Source: Paragordius varius
Lineage: Eukaryota > Animalia > Nematomorpha
Direction of reading: 5' to 3'
DNA length: 64,000 nucleotides
Assembly: GCA_964247055.1 (NCBI GenBank)
Contig: OZ176055.1
Coordinates: forward strand, 5,766,001 to 5,830,000
Below are positions 52,213-64,000 of this stretch, in pieces. The notes under the pieces are model-generated. The model had not been told where the DNA came from, searched no databases, and was given only the letters and a program-made list of their open reading frames with translations. Positions within the stretch are counted from its first letter, which is position 1, and the number at the start of each line of letters is the position of its first letter. Both the position numbers and the translations under genes were made by a program.

Positions 52213-53879
52213 ATAGGCATTTGTCGGTATGCGGTAATGATTTTTTTATAGGCTGCACTGAGAATCCAGTTAAACCAACTGATTTTAATTGCAATGATTT
52301 TAAACGTTTAACTGAACCAGACAGTGAGTCGGTGGGTGTAAGTGACAAATATTCCGTTACTTATTAAACTTTTTGAACGACAAATGACCTGTGTCGTTGA
52401 CACTAATTATTTAGGGTGAAAACAACACTATTACGACAATAATGTTTATTTAACATTACAACCCATCGATAAAACTAAATTCTATTCGTCTGGTCGCGCA
52501 AAAACGATATGAATTATTTTCCATCTGGGTACCGTAGTAGGGTTTTATGTCGCTCGGGTTATTAATATTTTATTTAGCACTCTGCTCTTATTTGTTTACA
52601 ATACCTGCGCCTAAATATTCTTACGAGATTTGATCGCGCGCTATAGACTTTATACTAGCGAATACGGGATGCCCAGTGAGTTAATTACCAACTCCCCACC
52701 ATATACACTATTCTCCGTTTTGTATATTTTGTTTCTTATCAATTAATGGCTCTAATGTTTAGCAAATCCTTAATTTGAAGTTAGGGTGATGACACTTGCA
52801 GTTTTCGTGTTAAAAATAGAGCGTAAGAGTATTCAAGCATTTGATACCAATATTCTTTTGGTATATAATTTCGATTACTCAATTACCACGTGCAGAGACG
52901 AATGTTCTTGACTTTAAATCAAGCTTATCCAAAGAATTTCCACAATTTATAACTGTTCTAAATAGGCATCCTTCCATATATAAAATTGTAAATTGTTAAT
53001 GTGAAAACGATAGCTTAGGTTAACTTATCATGCTATTATTTTCGGACAATGTGTGAGAACAGTTAGCGACAAATTTTAAGCCATCTGCATTTTTTGGCAT
53101 AACACAGCTCCTATTTCGTATACAGCCGGTTTTCGACGATGATAAAAAGTTGTGGGTCATAAATCAAAGGAGATCCGCGGATATTTAATTCGTACGCACA
53201 GCAAAAACGGTTAGCATGGCATATAAAGCGTTGGTAAAAAGCTAATGTCTATCTTTTAGTTTGTGTATAGACTTGAGCATCGTTAATTGGGTGTTAGAGC
53301 GCCCATTTCTTACACCACGCAGTTAAATTTCCGTTTACTTGATTTCCGGTAATATTATAACATTATAGGATGTTTGTTTTGGTAATTTCTTTGATCTGTT
53401 GAAAGATTCGCTATTCATGCATACCAAACCAGTTCCCAAAAAATATTCAAATTTTATTTCATCCCATATTTATGAAGAAAAATATATCTAAATCATCAAA
53501 ATTAGAAAAACCGATCACTTTATTGGTTTTTATTGATGACTCCCAAAAAATACTTAAAACATCCTATTTCATCAGCAATTCTTAGTACGAAATTTAACAC
53601 CTGAAAGATGATTTATTAGGTGCTGCTCGAAACAATTATAACAGCAGGCGGTTATATGGACGAAATTTTAAAGGATATGCCAATAATGATGACAAACCTA
53701 GACTACATTCGGGTACGGACAGTATGTAGAACGCCAAACACGTTGATGAAGTTTTTTTAGCAAAGTAAAAAACTTGAGATTTAAAGTAAAAAATAAAAAT
53801 GTATGGTGTTGCGATATTATTAATTTTATCCCTATCCTTTTATTTTTCCAAATACTCCATGATTATATGATATCACTCT

Positions 53880-54480
53880 TCCGAGCAGTAATATTCGTAC
53901 GCTATTTCACCATAGAATCCTGTTTATGGCGCCCTCGCGCTTTATGTTCAGTTTTGCCATGTCTCTCAACCGTGTCAGTCCATCGCATTTTAGGGCGCCG
54001 CCTTCCCCTCTTACCTTTCACGATATTTCATCAATCACCAATGTAGCTATTATGTCTTCTTTCTACGTGCATAAACCATCTAAGATGGCTTAACATAATT
54101 TTTTGCGTTATCGATTTGATTTCTGTACTCTCTCTAATGTATAAACTCACTTTGTCTTTCTTCGTTACACGGCACATCAATCTAAGCATTCTCATTTCCG
54201 TAGTTTGAAAGTGCCTTTCTTCTGATATCTTTAATGCCCATGTCTGTAAGTTGTATAACATTGTGGGCTGTTACAACAGCACAGTAAATCTTATTCTTAA
54301 CTCTTGGATCAATATTTATATCACACAAAAAATTTGAAATCTTTGGTTTAGCCCAACTATTTCAAATTTTTTAATATATCATGCGTTCATCTGCTGTTAA
54401 AATTGTTTCTAATATTTGCAGTCCTCCTGACCTTTTAATACCTAATCTTCTTCAATTCTCTTTTCTTCCCACCAAAATTT
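53880..54480 (-). mobile_element. 5'-truncated RTE LINE fragment
   Basis: LYNLQTWAL..EMRMLRLMCRVTKKDKV..LRWFMHVERR, followed by GKRGRRRPKMRWTD. This is a typical RTE C-terminus and is diverged from the 36.7-40 kb copy. Confidence 0.8.
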
Positions 54481-55202
54481 TAAATTTCCGTTTTCCTTTT
54501 ATTAACGTTTAAACCGCACTAGAAAAAGCCAGTGGTACTCATTAAAAAATTTTTAACGGCCAAAAACTTTTTTCTCAAGGGCCATATTACCGATAAGATT
54601 TAAATGTTGGTTGACAAATTTTTAGACATTACTCAAAAGTACTTCAGAGCCATAAAAAAGCCCTTGGTTTGAGTATCATTGGAAATGCAAACAGTACAAA
54701 TGTAGAATATTGCTATATGATCCAAAGTATTAAAAGTACGGAAATTTGGATAAATATTTACAAAATATACACATTATATTCAGCTATAATCGAAAACATA
54801 AAATTTAAAGTCTGATTTTGACACAAAAAAGATATTTTGCGGCAAGTGTTTTTTTAGGATTTGATAAATTTTCTCATTTCTTATTTAAAAATTTATTTGA
54901 TAGTAAAACAATATTAAACATCAAACGCTTAAAAATATATAATTTATAAATTAAAAAATGCGAGACCTGTTTTTTTGATATCTTCGTTTCGTTTTTGATT
55001 TCTAGAAAAGATACCAACAATACACCCTTGAGCTGCCAATGCCATTGTGATGGCCTTTCCGATTCCATTGTTCCCACCGGTTACAATAGCGATTTTATTT
55101 TTAATACTCATCCGTATCAGTAACGGTAAAACAAAATTTAATATTTGTAAAATTATTTAAATGCTTTCACATGTTTTTTAAAATTTTGTTTAAAAGAGTG
55201 AA

Positions 55203-56015
55203 ATGTATGATCTCAAGAATTGGACACACTATTTTACCATTGAAAATATAATTTGCTTGCTTCTAATTTTTTTGATATTTCTTATTTTACAATATGCTTG
55301 GAAATCTACTGGTGTTAGCAGAAATTTTATGGATAGTGCCGAAGAAACTCCCACTTCTTCTTATTTAAATAACGTATTTTTACATCATAATTATAAGAAA
55401 CATTTGGTGCCAATACAAGTTTATATTAAGTATATGGAAAATCGCCCGTTTTTACTGCAAATAGATCCTAATAATAAAATATCTTTTTGCTACAAGTAAC
55501 AAATTTTTTATTTTAGAATAATCTCGTCTCATTTCGGTAATCTATCCGGAAAAAATATAACCCTTATTTATGGAGGGAAAATACTTCAACCTGCGCAATA
55601 TTTTAAAGATATTCCAAATCTTACCTCAAAATGTGTTATACAATGTTTTTTTAAATCAAAAATTAGTGATTCAGAGTCATCAGATGAATTTTTTGACGCT
55701 TGTGATAATACCTCTTTCGATATGTCAAACTTGGAGATCACCGACAAAACCAAATTGGGAAATAAGAAAAATATAATATCATCTCGTTACCACGTTATGT
55801 CAAGATACCCTTGTCATATATTTAATTTGGTCAAAAAATACACTTGGTGGCTTTTCATTGTATGGAATCTTTTTGTGGCTTGGATTTTACACTTTCTATA
55901 CTTAAAACATGTTACTTCTATTGTCACATTAATACTATTAAGCATAACTGTTTTCTGCATTTTTTTGTCCATTACTGTATTTTTCGAAAATCGAAGACCT
56001 ATTGAAACTAATTAA
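55203..56015 (+). CDS. TMUB: Transmembrane and ubiquitin-like domain protein (TMUB1/2 family)
   Basis: Exons 55203-55495 and 55517-56015, joined across a 21-nt intron. N-terminal TM ending AWKST, UBL (VYIKY..ITLIYGGKIL..CVIQCF) and two C-terminal TM segments, which is the TMUB architecture. Confidence 0.75.
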
Positions 56016-56429
56016 TATTATTAGAACTTATTATATTAAGCAAACATTAGGTCAACACAATATAATTATAGAATTACATAAAAATAATTTACTAACCAAC
56101 ACTAATTAATATTAGACAATAAATATATTTGCTTTTAACTTGGTTAGTTTGCTACCGCAGAAAATTTTTGATTCAAAAATACCGATGATATGGGCCAAAT
56201 TTAAAACTCCATTACCCTTTAAGGTAGTTTTACCCAGAACGATTCGGAACATCTTTATTTCTATATAATTTTTAACATTTTATTAAAAAACAACTTATAT
56301 TTGTAATAAACTTCTACGAAAACATCCCAAAATGTTAATAAAATATTCTATTAATGTAAAATTTTTAAAAACTGGTGCATATAAGTTTTCCTAAATAAAA
56401 TTTAGATCGTTTTTTGATTATGAATTGGT

Positions 56430-57110
56430 CCTATTTAGGATAGGTTTGACACGGCAGAACTTACCGGTCACACTGCTACTTAATGTACATTAATGATCTT
56501 AATGCAATTATTTGTGATTAAAAATGAAGCAAAGGGATAATTTAAATCCATTAAAATAACTCAAGTTTTATAGTTTTAAACGAGTTTACTATTTGACAAA
56601 ATAAATCAGACTAAACAATATCGCAATTATGCCAATTTTATTAGTAACTGGGGAAAATGCCGTCAGAATACATACTAAAACAAAAGCATAACTCCTTAAA
56701 ACAAAAAAAAGGCTGAATTTATAAAATGGGTATAAGACCAGTTCTAACATGCCACAGCAACGCTAACACAAACACAACAAAAACGTTTTGTCAGTGCAGA
56801 AAATCATATATACACCTGATGCCAATGCAACTAGATCCCATAGATCTTCGCAATCACAGACAAGTGAGCTAATAGACAAATTCATCTAATTCAAAAGAAC
56901 GAGATATACAGTCACCTTGACCGTGTGAATGGTGATAATCCCATCAGAGCCTCATTCGACATCATCCTAACTGGAAACAATAGACACCTGGATGTCTTCG
57001 TTTAACTTTTGACTGGATTTCCAACAATTCCAACTGCAAAAACAGATTGTATTGATAAAGAACTAATCACAAAAAGCCGGATAGTTTAAGATGGTGAACC
57101 ATCAAAACTC
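56430..57110 (+). mobile_element. Highly decayed LINE remnant
   Basis: Fragmentary peptides such as YSHLDRVNGDNPIR..LTGN resemble a LINE C-terminus. Many stops. Confidence 0.35.
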
Positions 57111-59813
57111 ATTGTTAAACAACAACATAATTTTAATCCATATAAAATTGATAAAGTTAAAATTATAATTTTACATTTTAATTATTATGCAGTCATTTTA
57201 ATTTCTATGACGTTATAAATATAATGGTCGATTATTATAGAAGTGTCAAGATATGTGTCTTTATAGAAGTTCGGGTCAGAGGCAGAGCTTGTATTTCTGG
57301 CGCCTGGTGCATGAATCCGTGATGGTGCTCCCTCCCACACCATGCGACCTCTTGCATTAAACAATACAAATTTAAACCGTAGTCATGACCACTCATAAAT
57401 GGATGAATTGTTTATTTTATTATTTAAAATAATAACACCTAAATACCTATTTTTTTGAAATAAAATAGAAATTTTTCAAAATCCGGCGCCCCTCAACTAT
57501 GGCGGCCGGTGCATCAGTCCCTTAACATTATAGGGACAAAGAGTATTCATATCTTCTTAATGATTACATATTAAGTTTACTCTATGCTTTTGTTAAATAT
57601 AAAATGTGTTAAAAGTGCCTATTTTTTTTATTAAAACTCTATCTGCAGAAATCATTATTCTTTATTATTTAAAATGAAATCAATAACTCAAGGGTCATAT
57701 CAAAACTTCGAAATCTGCCTTTTAAAAATAGATAACAAATATATTATTTGAAAGGTATCTTTAAATAAATTTAAAATCCTTTTTAATTAATAACATGGTC
57801 GCAGTCTTACATATTATTTAAAATAAAGCGAAAAAGTCATTTTAACAGAAATTGGTGGCGCTTAAAAAAGTAATATTTATATTTTGCCCACTTTAAAACT
57901 AAACATTGTAAAAGTATAAAATGTTTCAATTAATTTTTACATGATCATCAAAATATAATATTAGTAATTAAATTTGAAATTCCGAAAATAGCAAGAGATG
58001 GCCCCTCTCAAGCATCTTAATAATATTATTATAGCATAAAAAACTTTAAAATAAATTTATAATGTACAGATTTTTATTTACAGCTTTTAATATAATTTAC
58101 CCAAATATTTCTATTTTAAATTTTATCATAATTTAAATATCATAGGCAGGAAGATAGATTTTTTTATATGAAATTCCGTATATAGGCGGTTATCCTAAAA
58201 AATAGAAAATTATATTTCCTAAATTTATACAGTAAACTGAAGAAGAGTGGTTCTGGATTTTCTTATCTTAATAAGGCGCTGGCTTTTATAACATTTCTTT
58301 AGCAACTAATTTTTCAAGGATAAATTTTTATAAGAAATTGCATAATAAGATTTATTACGTTAAAAATTGCTAAAAAGTTTTTTTTGCAATAATACACTTA
58401 TTGTATTAAAAAGTTGTAAGGTGATACTTTTTAAAGTCTCTTGTTTTTTTTTCGCATTCGATCAAAAAACTTGACCCCATTTTCGGTTTCTTGAAGCAAA
58501 AATATAAATCCCAACATTTTGTTTATTTTTTTGGAAAAAATATTATGATTCCAATTATCTATATTCTTTATATGTGTCTTTTTGTGTCTTCGATTCCTAC
58601 TCTATTATCAAATCCAAGTAAATTTAGATTAAATCTTTTTTAAATGTTTTAAATTGGACAGAATTTTAATTATGTTTATTATTATAAATGCAAACACCAT
58701 ATAATATTAATAATAATTATCTAAATATTATTAAAATATCATATTTTTTCAGTTGTCGGAATTTCCAAATATACTCCAATAGTTTGCAATTATTGGGACC
58801 TTTGACCCAAAAACCGGTCCAATATATCTAAAAAGTCATCGACATTATTACAATTTTAATTGTAAATTTTTTCCCAACATAAAAAAACAGGGATGTGTTC
58901 AAATTTAACTATGAAAGTTTGTATTTAGCCTTTGTGACAATCACTTGTATGATAAAATTATTATAAAATAGAATAGGAGATTTTTCAATTTTTGCACAAA
59001 CAAGGGATTAGGACAGGGTACAAAATGCCTCCTAAATGTAAATGCAGCCCGCGAATTTCAAATACAAAATTATACAAAATCTAAGTAGATTTTTTCTTAG
59101 ACAAATTTTATGATTATTTTTCCGAATAGCAATGAAATGGCGAAAATTGTTAAAATAAACAAAAAAAGTTTACAGTTTTATTTGAAACTAATGAAATATT
59201 ATTTAAGGTTCCTATGTTTTGCAATGTGATACATCGGGTCGAATTTTTCTTACCGAAAAATGGCCCGCGAAGCCATTTGTATTAGACATCCCTGGATTAT
59301 GGCATAAGATTGATTATCTTTATGAAATATTATTAAAATAGTCGGTAACACTACAAGTTTTACTTCAGCCTAATGGCTTTGCTAAGAGCTCTCATAAAAA
59401 GGGTTAGAGGGGGAACCGCGATACAAAAGGGGCCTTTTTGGTTTTTTCCCATTGCGCGCTTTTTATTATTCATGAATTTTTTTCTCTTTTTTTTCGGAAA
59501 TACGACAGGGAAGACATATTCACGATTTATAGATCTGTGTAAGCCCCTAGTACTGATTTTATTTGGCAGTGTACTAACTTTTTTAAATTTACAAAGCCTA
59601 CATATAACAACAAGGAATCGCAATATTTTTAAAATAATGGCCAAATTTTTCGTATATATCTGGCCTAACTTGTACATTATTTCTTAAGTTTAAATAAATT
59701 GACTACCCTGTCCTTTTTATCATATTAAAAAAAACCAGCAGTACACTATTTAAATTAAATGGATAGTTTTTGTAACTTTTATTTTTAATCTTTTAATTTA
59801 TTTTTTTCACAAG

Positions 59814-60255
59814 TATGTGGCAGTGATTCTGAGTACATGCCAGAATGTACCAAAAAATGTACTTACGGTTATAATACCAATGCTTTTGGGTGTGCTGTAT
59901 GTGAATGCAAAAGCCCTGAAAAAGTAACTTTTATTATCAAACTTTTTTATGACTAAATTATATTTTTTTTAAATATTTTTTTTAAGGATTTCGGTTAAAT
60001 CAATGTATTTTTATATAATACGTAATAAAAAATAAATAATTTTTTATTAGATACTCAACGATTATTACGATTCAGAATCAGCAAGTACTATATATTTAAC
60101 AATTATCCTTCATTTTAAAACTCGTAATAACTTTTTTTACATTTTATTTATTAGTGTTAGCCCCTGTATGTCAACCAGTCTTATGCCGCATTCATTGTCA
60201 ATTTGGGTTCATCCGTGACGATTTAGGATGTGAACATTGTGAATGTAATAAATAG
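59814..60255 (+). CDS. Antistasin-family serine protease inhibitor, two domains, 5' partial
   Basis: Exons 59814-59923, 60051-60084, 60161-60255. CTKKCTYGYNTNAFGCAVCEC and CQPVLCRIHCQFGFIRDDLGCEHCEC* have antistasin Cys spacing. AATAAA follows the stop. The signal-peptide exon was not found. Confidence 0.8.
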
Positions 60256-60341
60256 CAATAAAAATTTATTTGAATAAATGCTTTTTAAAAATTTTATAAT
60301 TATAAGAAACAGGGTTTTAGAAAGTTTTTTTTACGCAAGTG

Positions 60342-60554
60342 CTATAATAAATCTTCCAACAATTCCAGACAGTTGAGGAGTTCATTGGGAGATTTGTGGT
60401 GTCGTTTATAGCATTCTTGATCGAAAGTTTGCTCACAATCAAGCCCATCATTACAGTTTAAGGTCCTATTAAGAGAATGTATTCCATCTATTAAACCACA
60501 ATAAAAATCACTAGATATATATTTTTTTAAATAATTTGATACAAACATCATCAA
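60342..60554 (-). CDS. Possible small Cys-containing orphan protein (terminal exon)
   Basis: 70-aa ORF with 5 Cys, preceded in frame by a hydrophobic stretch (IHLIISLYILMMFV). Convergent with the antistasin-like gene. No family recognised. Confidence 0.35.
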   Translation of the reverse strand: MMMFVSNYLKKYISSDFYCGLIDGIHSLNRTLNCNDGLDCEQTFDQECYKRHHKSPNELLNCLELLEDLL

Positions 60555-60770
60555 AATATATAATGAAATTATAAGATGAATTTTCGTGAGATGTATCTAA
60601 CAATTTTAAATTAAACAAAATTGAAATAAACATATACAATTGAGATGTAAAATTAATAAAAATATAATTATATTATTAATTTGCTAGCCAATAATAGGTT
60701 GGCGAATTCTAGCTTTACGGCAAGATTTTTAGCTTGCTTTTAACAAATAATGGTGATATATTAATAGTAA

Positions 60771-61437
60771 TCTATATATTTATAAAAATGGAAAATGCTG
60801 GCTTTGTGATCTAGTACAGGAAAACCGGTAGACCCATTCAAATCGAAACTTCGAAAAAATATAATCATTAATGAATGCCCCGACAATAGCGTCGCCCTTT
60901 TTTAAAATAGGCCCCCAGTTCGGGCCCACCCCGTGTGAAAAACGGTTTTTTTTTCGAAAACAGAAGCCCACAAAAATCGTGTCTTTGAGACAATTTTCCG
61001 GAGAACGTGTTGGACCATTCAATTTCAAATATGATTTTTGTTTACTTATTTTCGATTGCGCCGAACATAGTCGAGTCACTTTTTTGATTTATGCCCTCTT
61101 TTTACCCGCTCCCCCCGTAAAATGCCACCTTTTTCAAAAAACAAAGTCCACAAAAATAATTTTTTAAATCTATTTTTCGCCCTAGGTATGAGACCGTAAA
61201 AATTCAATATAGGTTCCACGTATCCCCTATTAAAAGGCAAAAATTTTAGTCAGGCGTTTCTTTGATAATAGCTGCTGGGTAAGGAGCTACCCGCTAAAAA
61301 CTGATTTTTTATGTAACTTTATGTTCTGCTACCGGAAAACCGGTAGACCCATTCAAATCCAAACTTCAAACCCCCCCCCCTCCCCAGAAGTCCGAAGCAC
61401 TTCCTCGGGTTGCGTAGCAGCACGAGATTTACGCTAG
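60771..61437 (+). mobile_element. Short non-autonomous Helitron related to 22298-24538
   Basis: A|TCTATATATTTATAAAAATG 5' end, ~500 bp homologous to the first copy, and a 3' end GCGTAGCAGCACGAGATTTACGCTAG|T. Confidence 0.75.
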
Positions 61438-62539
61438 TTATTATAATTGAAAAAGTTTGATTTCCTTATTAAACAGTTTACTTATAATTATTAGATTTTA
61501 TTTATTATACTCAAAACACCACATCCCAATTTTTAAAGTTAGAATAGTTACATAAGGTGGTAAAAATCTAAGAACTATGCGATACAGCCGATAGTATTAA
61601 AACAAATGAAATTTAATATGGATTTAAAAATTTTCAAACAAAATTATGATTAGCACCATACAGGATCAGGATTTTTTTTAGAAACCTAACATTTTCCTGT
61701 TTTGGAGAAAATTTTCGAATTTAAAATTTTAAATTTTTATAAAATTGATTCCGCAGCTGATAATAATCTAAAACGTTGGCATTAAATTTTGTACCGCATT
61801 ATTGAAAATTAATGAAATGGTATTTAACTGTATGGCCAGTCAATATTTATTTTATAGCGCATATGAAAGCGAGCCCCTTTTTTGGGCCAATTTCTGGTTA
61901 ACCCCCCACAAAATAGGGAACCGAAAAAAAGAGCTTCTTGTTGAAAGAAATTTTTCTGACACCGTATAAGACCATTTAAAATTTTGTTGTTGTTATAAGA
62001 AGCTGGTCCAACTCTTGGGCTACATGATGATCAAATCCACATTTCTACTTTTACTTTTCTATTTGATAACTTATAATCAATCAAGAAGAGTAGTGTGGAA
62101 AATATAGAATAAGAATTTATTTCATTTTTTAAAAAAATATTTAGTTAAACCATATTTATATCTTAAAATATACTTTGTACTGGCCTCATTAGAAGTAATG
62201 ATATTGATATCCATGAAATAAATAAATATGATTTCATCGAAAATATGTAAAAATGTTAAAATTATTCTTTATAACAAAAAAATGACATGTTATAAGATGA
62301 TATAGAAATCACAAAAGGACATTATACAAAAAACTTTATCATTATAGAAAAAAGGCGTTTAATATGTAAAACTATATTTTCGTTATTATTTATTTTGATA
62401 AAACTTTCAACAATAATATACATTACTTATTACAATTTATTTATAATAAAATTAATTATAATGATCACATGTTCCAAAAATCTCATCTTAAATTATAAAT
62501 TAAACATTATTTAATTCAAAAAATTCATTTTGTGTTTTA

Positions 62540-63400
62540 TTAGGAGTTGGTATTCGATTGCATTTTAGACAATTTTTCTATTCTACGACGTCGAATGACA
62601 TCCGTTTCGTTTTGCTCGGACGTTTCAGACGCTATAAATAATAGATTTATTTTATAAAATATAAAATTTAAATATTTTAATTTTTAGTTGGAAAAGTATC
62701 TTAATTTTACAAATAACATATCTATTTTTTTGTATAATATTAAAAAATTAATATAGTTTACTAATATTGCCGGTTGATAATTGTGGACTCGCTGAGGCGG
62801 GTGACTGTTTCGAATGGGATGATCTAAACAAATATTTATTGATAAAATTTTTTTTAAATAAAATAAATAATAGAAGTTATTTTCAAAATAAAAAACGGTA
62901 TAAAATTAATTTTATATAAAAAATTAAAGCCGTAAAAATATTTATTCATAAAAAATTGTGTGTTACAACAATTATGGCACATTTACTAAAATAATTATCT
63001 GGTTCGAACAAATAGTAAAAAGCATTACATACATGTACTTGTGAAAGTATGATAATATATTTTTTGGCTGTATAATATTGGTAAATTGAATTGATATTTA
63101 TACAATGTCATTATAAAAAATAAAAAAATATAGAAATTTTTTTAAATTAATTAGACAAAATTAGGCTTATTCCAATTAATATAATATATCTATTCAAATA
63201 ACCAACTTTTTAACTCAATAATCCTCTAAATATTTATATAAGCAATAAAATTAAAATGTTTTTACTCAAAACTAAGAGCGGAAAATGGGTTTTCAAGCGG
63301 TTTCATACCATTAGGAACATTGTTCTTACCATCTTCCAATTTGCTTTTATTCAAAGAATTTGCTTTTTCCTTGGAAACTTCATTGGGGTTTCCCTTTAAA
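62540..63400 (-). CDS. 3' exons of an unidentified gene ending in DVIRRRRIEKL..stop
   Basis: Phase-consistent exons ~63400-63266, 62823-62762 and 62631-62540. Low-complexity S/N/K tail. A terminal RRRRxxKL motif is seen in HRD1/SYVN1-like proteins but is not diagnostic. Confidence 0.55.
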
Positions 63401-64000
63401 GATATACCGTAAAATGTGTAATCATACATAAATATGTAAACTAAAAGACAACCAACCATACTTTTTAAATTTTAATATTTATTTACCATATAAACCATTC
63501 AATAACAATAATCGATCAATATTTAATTGGGTAATAGATTAAGGTTTCGAGGAGCTTTGAATATATAGTGCACAACCTTTTTTTGCTTAAGTTCCCGCTT
63601 CCCTCTCTCAAAAAAATAAAAATGCAAACTTATTATAATATTATAAATTCATAATTAATAAGATCTTGTAGCTGCGATTGATAAAATATTTTCTGCATAT
63701 CGGGGACAAATATTGATAAATTGCACCTGAAATCCTTATAAACTACAATTTGTTTCTAGTTATATTTTATAATTGAATTCTCCAAATTTTTCTGAGCCCT
63801 GGGCGTTGGCACCCTTTTTGAAATTGATATAGTAGGTTATGATTTCATATTCCTTTACTTTATTTTGCATCACAAAAGATGTTTATGTTTAAAAAATATC
63901 CCAAAGTTAAAAAATATGGTTGTCTATATTTGCGTTTTTTCTGTAAAAATTTCAATATTTACTGTAGGCTTGGGTTCAATATTTATAGTCCTAGGATAAT

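Noticed and set aside
59360-59687. Overlapping ~105-aa ORFs on both strands
   Set aside because: The composition resembles non-coding repeat DNA, with no recognisable motifs.
61395-61437. ACTTCCTCGGGT as a second HDV-like ribozyme core
   Set aside because: No matching P1, GG or J4/2 elements. The region is better explained as a Helitron 3' end.

Overview
Very AT-rich eukaryotic (animal-type) genomic DNA with spliced genes separated by many mostly decayed transposons. Genes supported by exon reconstruction: GLI zinc-finger factor (5' partial), a secreted two-ShKT protein, tRNA-Lys(UUU), a laccase-type multicopper oxidase, STAM, MIC19/CHCHD3, an RRM + zinc-knuckle SR protein, HSDL2 (partial), TMUB, an antistasin-like inhibitor (partial) and the 3' end of an unidentified gene. 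Mobile elements: hAT elements (one with a nested CAC-terminated insert), mariner remnants, a foldback element, two Helitrons (one carrying a ~160-bp satellite), a TTAA-targeting piggyBac-type MITE family and RTE LINEs. The most notable observations are (1) at least eight GT-AG introns of only 21-28 nt, several at positions where splicing is required to restore conserved proteins, and (2) a near-canonical HDV-like ribozyme fold at the 5' end of a near-full-length RTE retrotransposon. All coordinates and alignments were made by eye, with no database searches. The species cannot be identified; the intron sizes suggest a genome-reduced invertebrate (inference).
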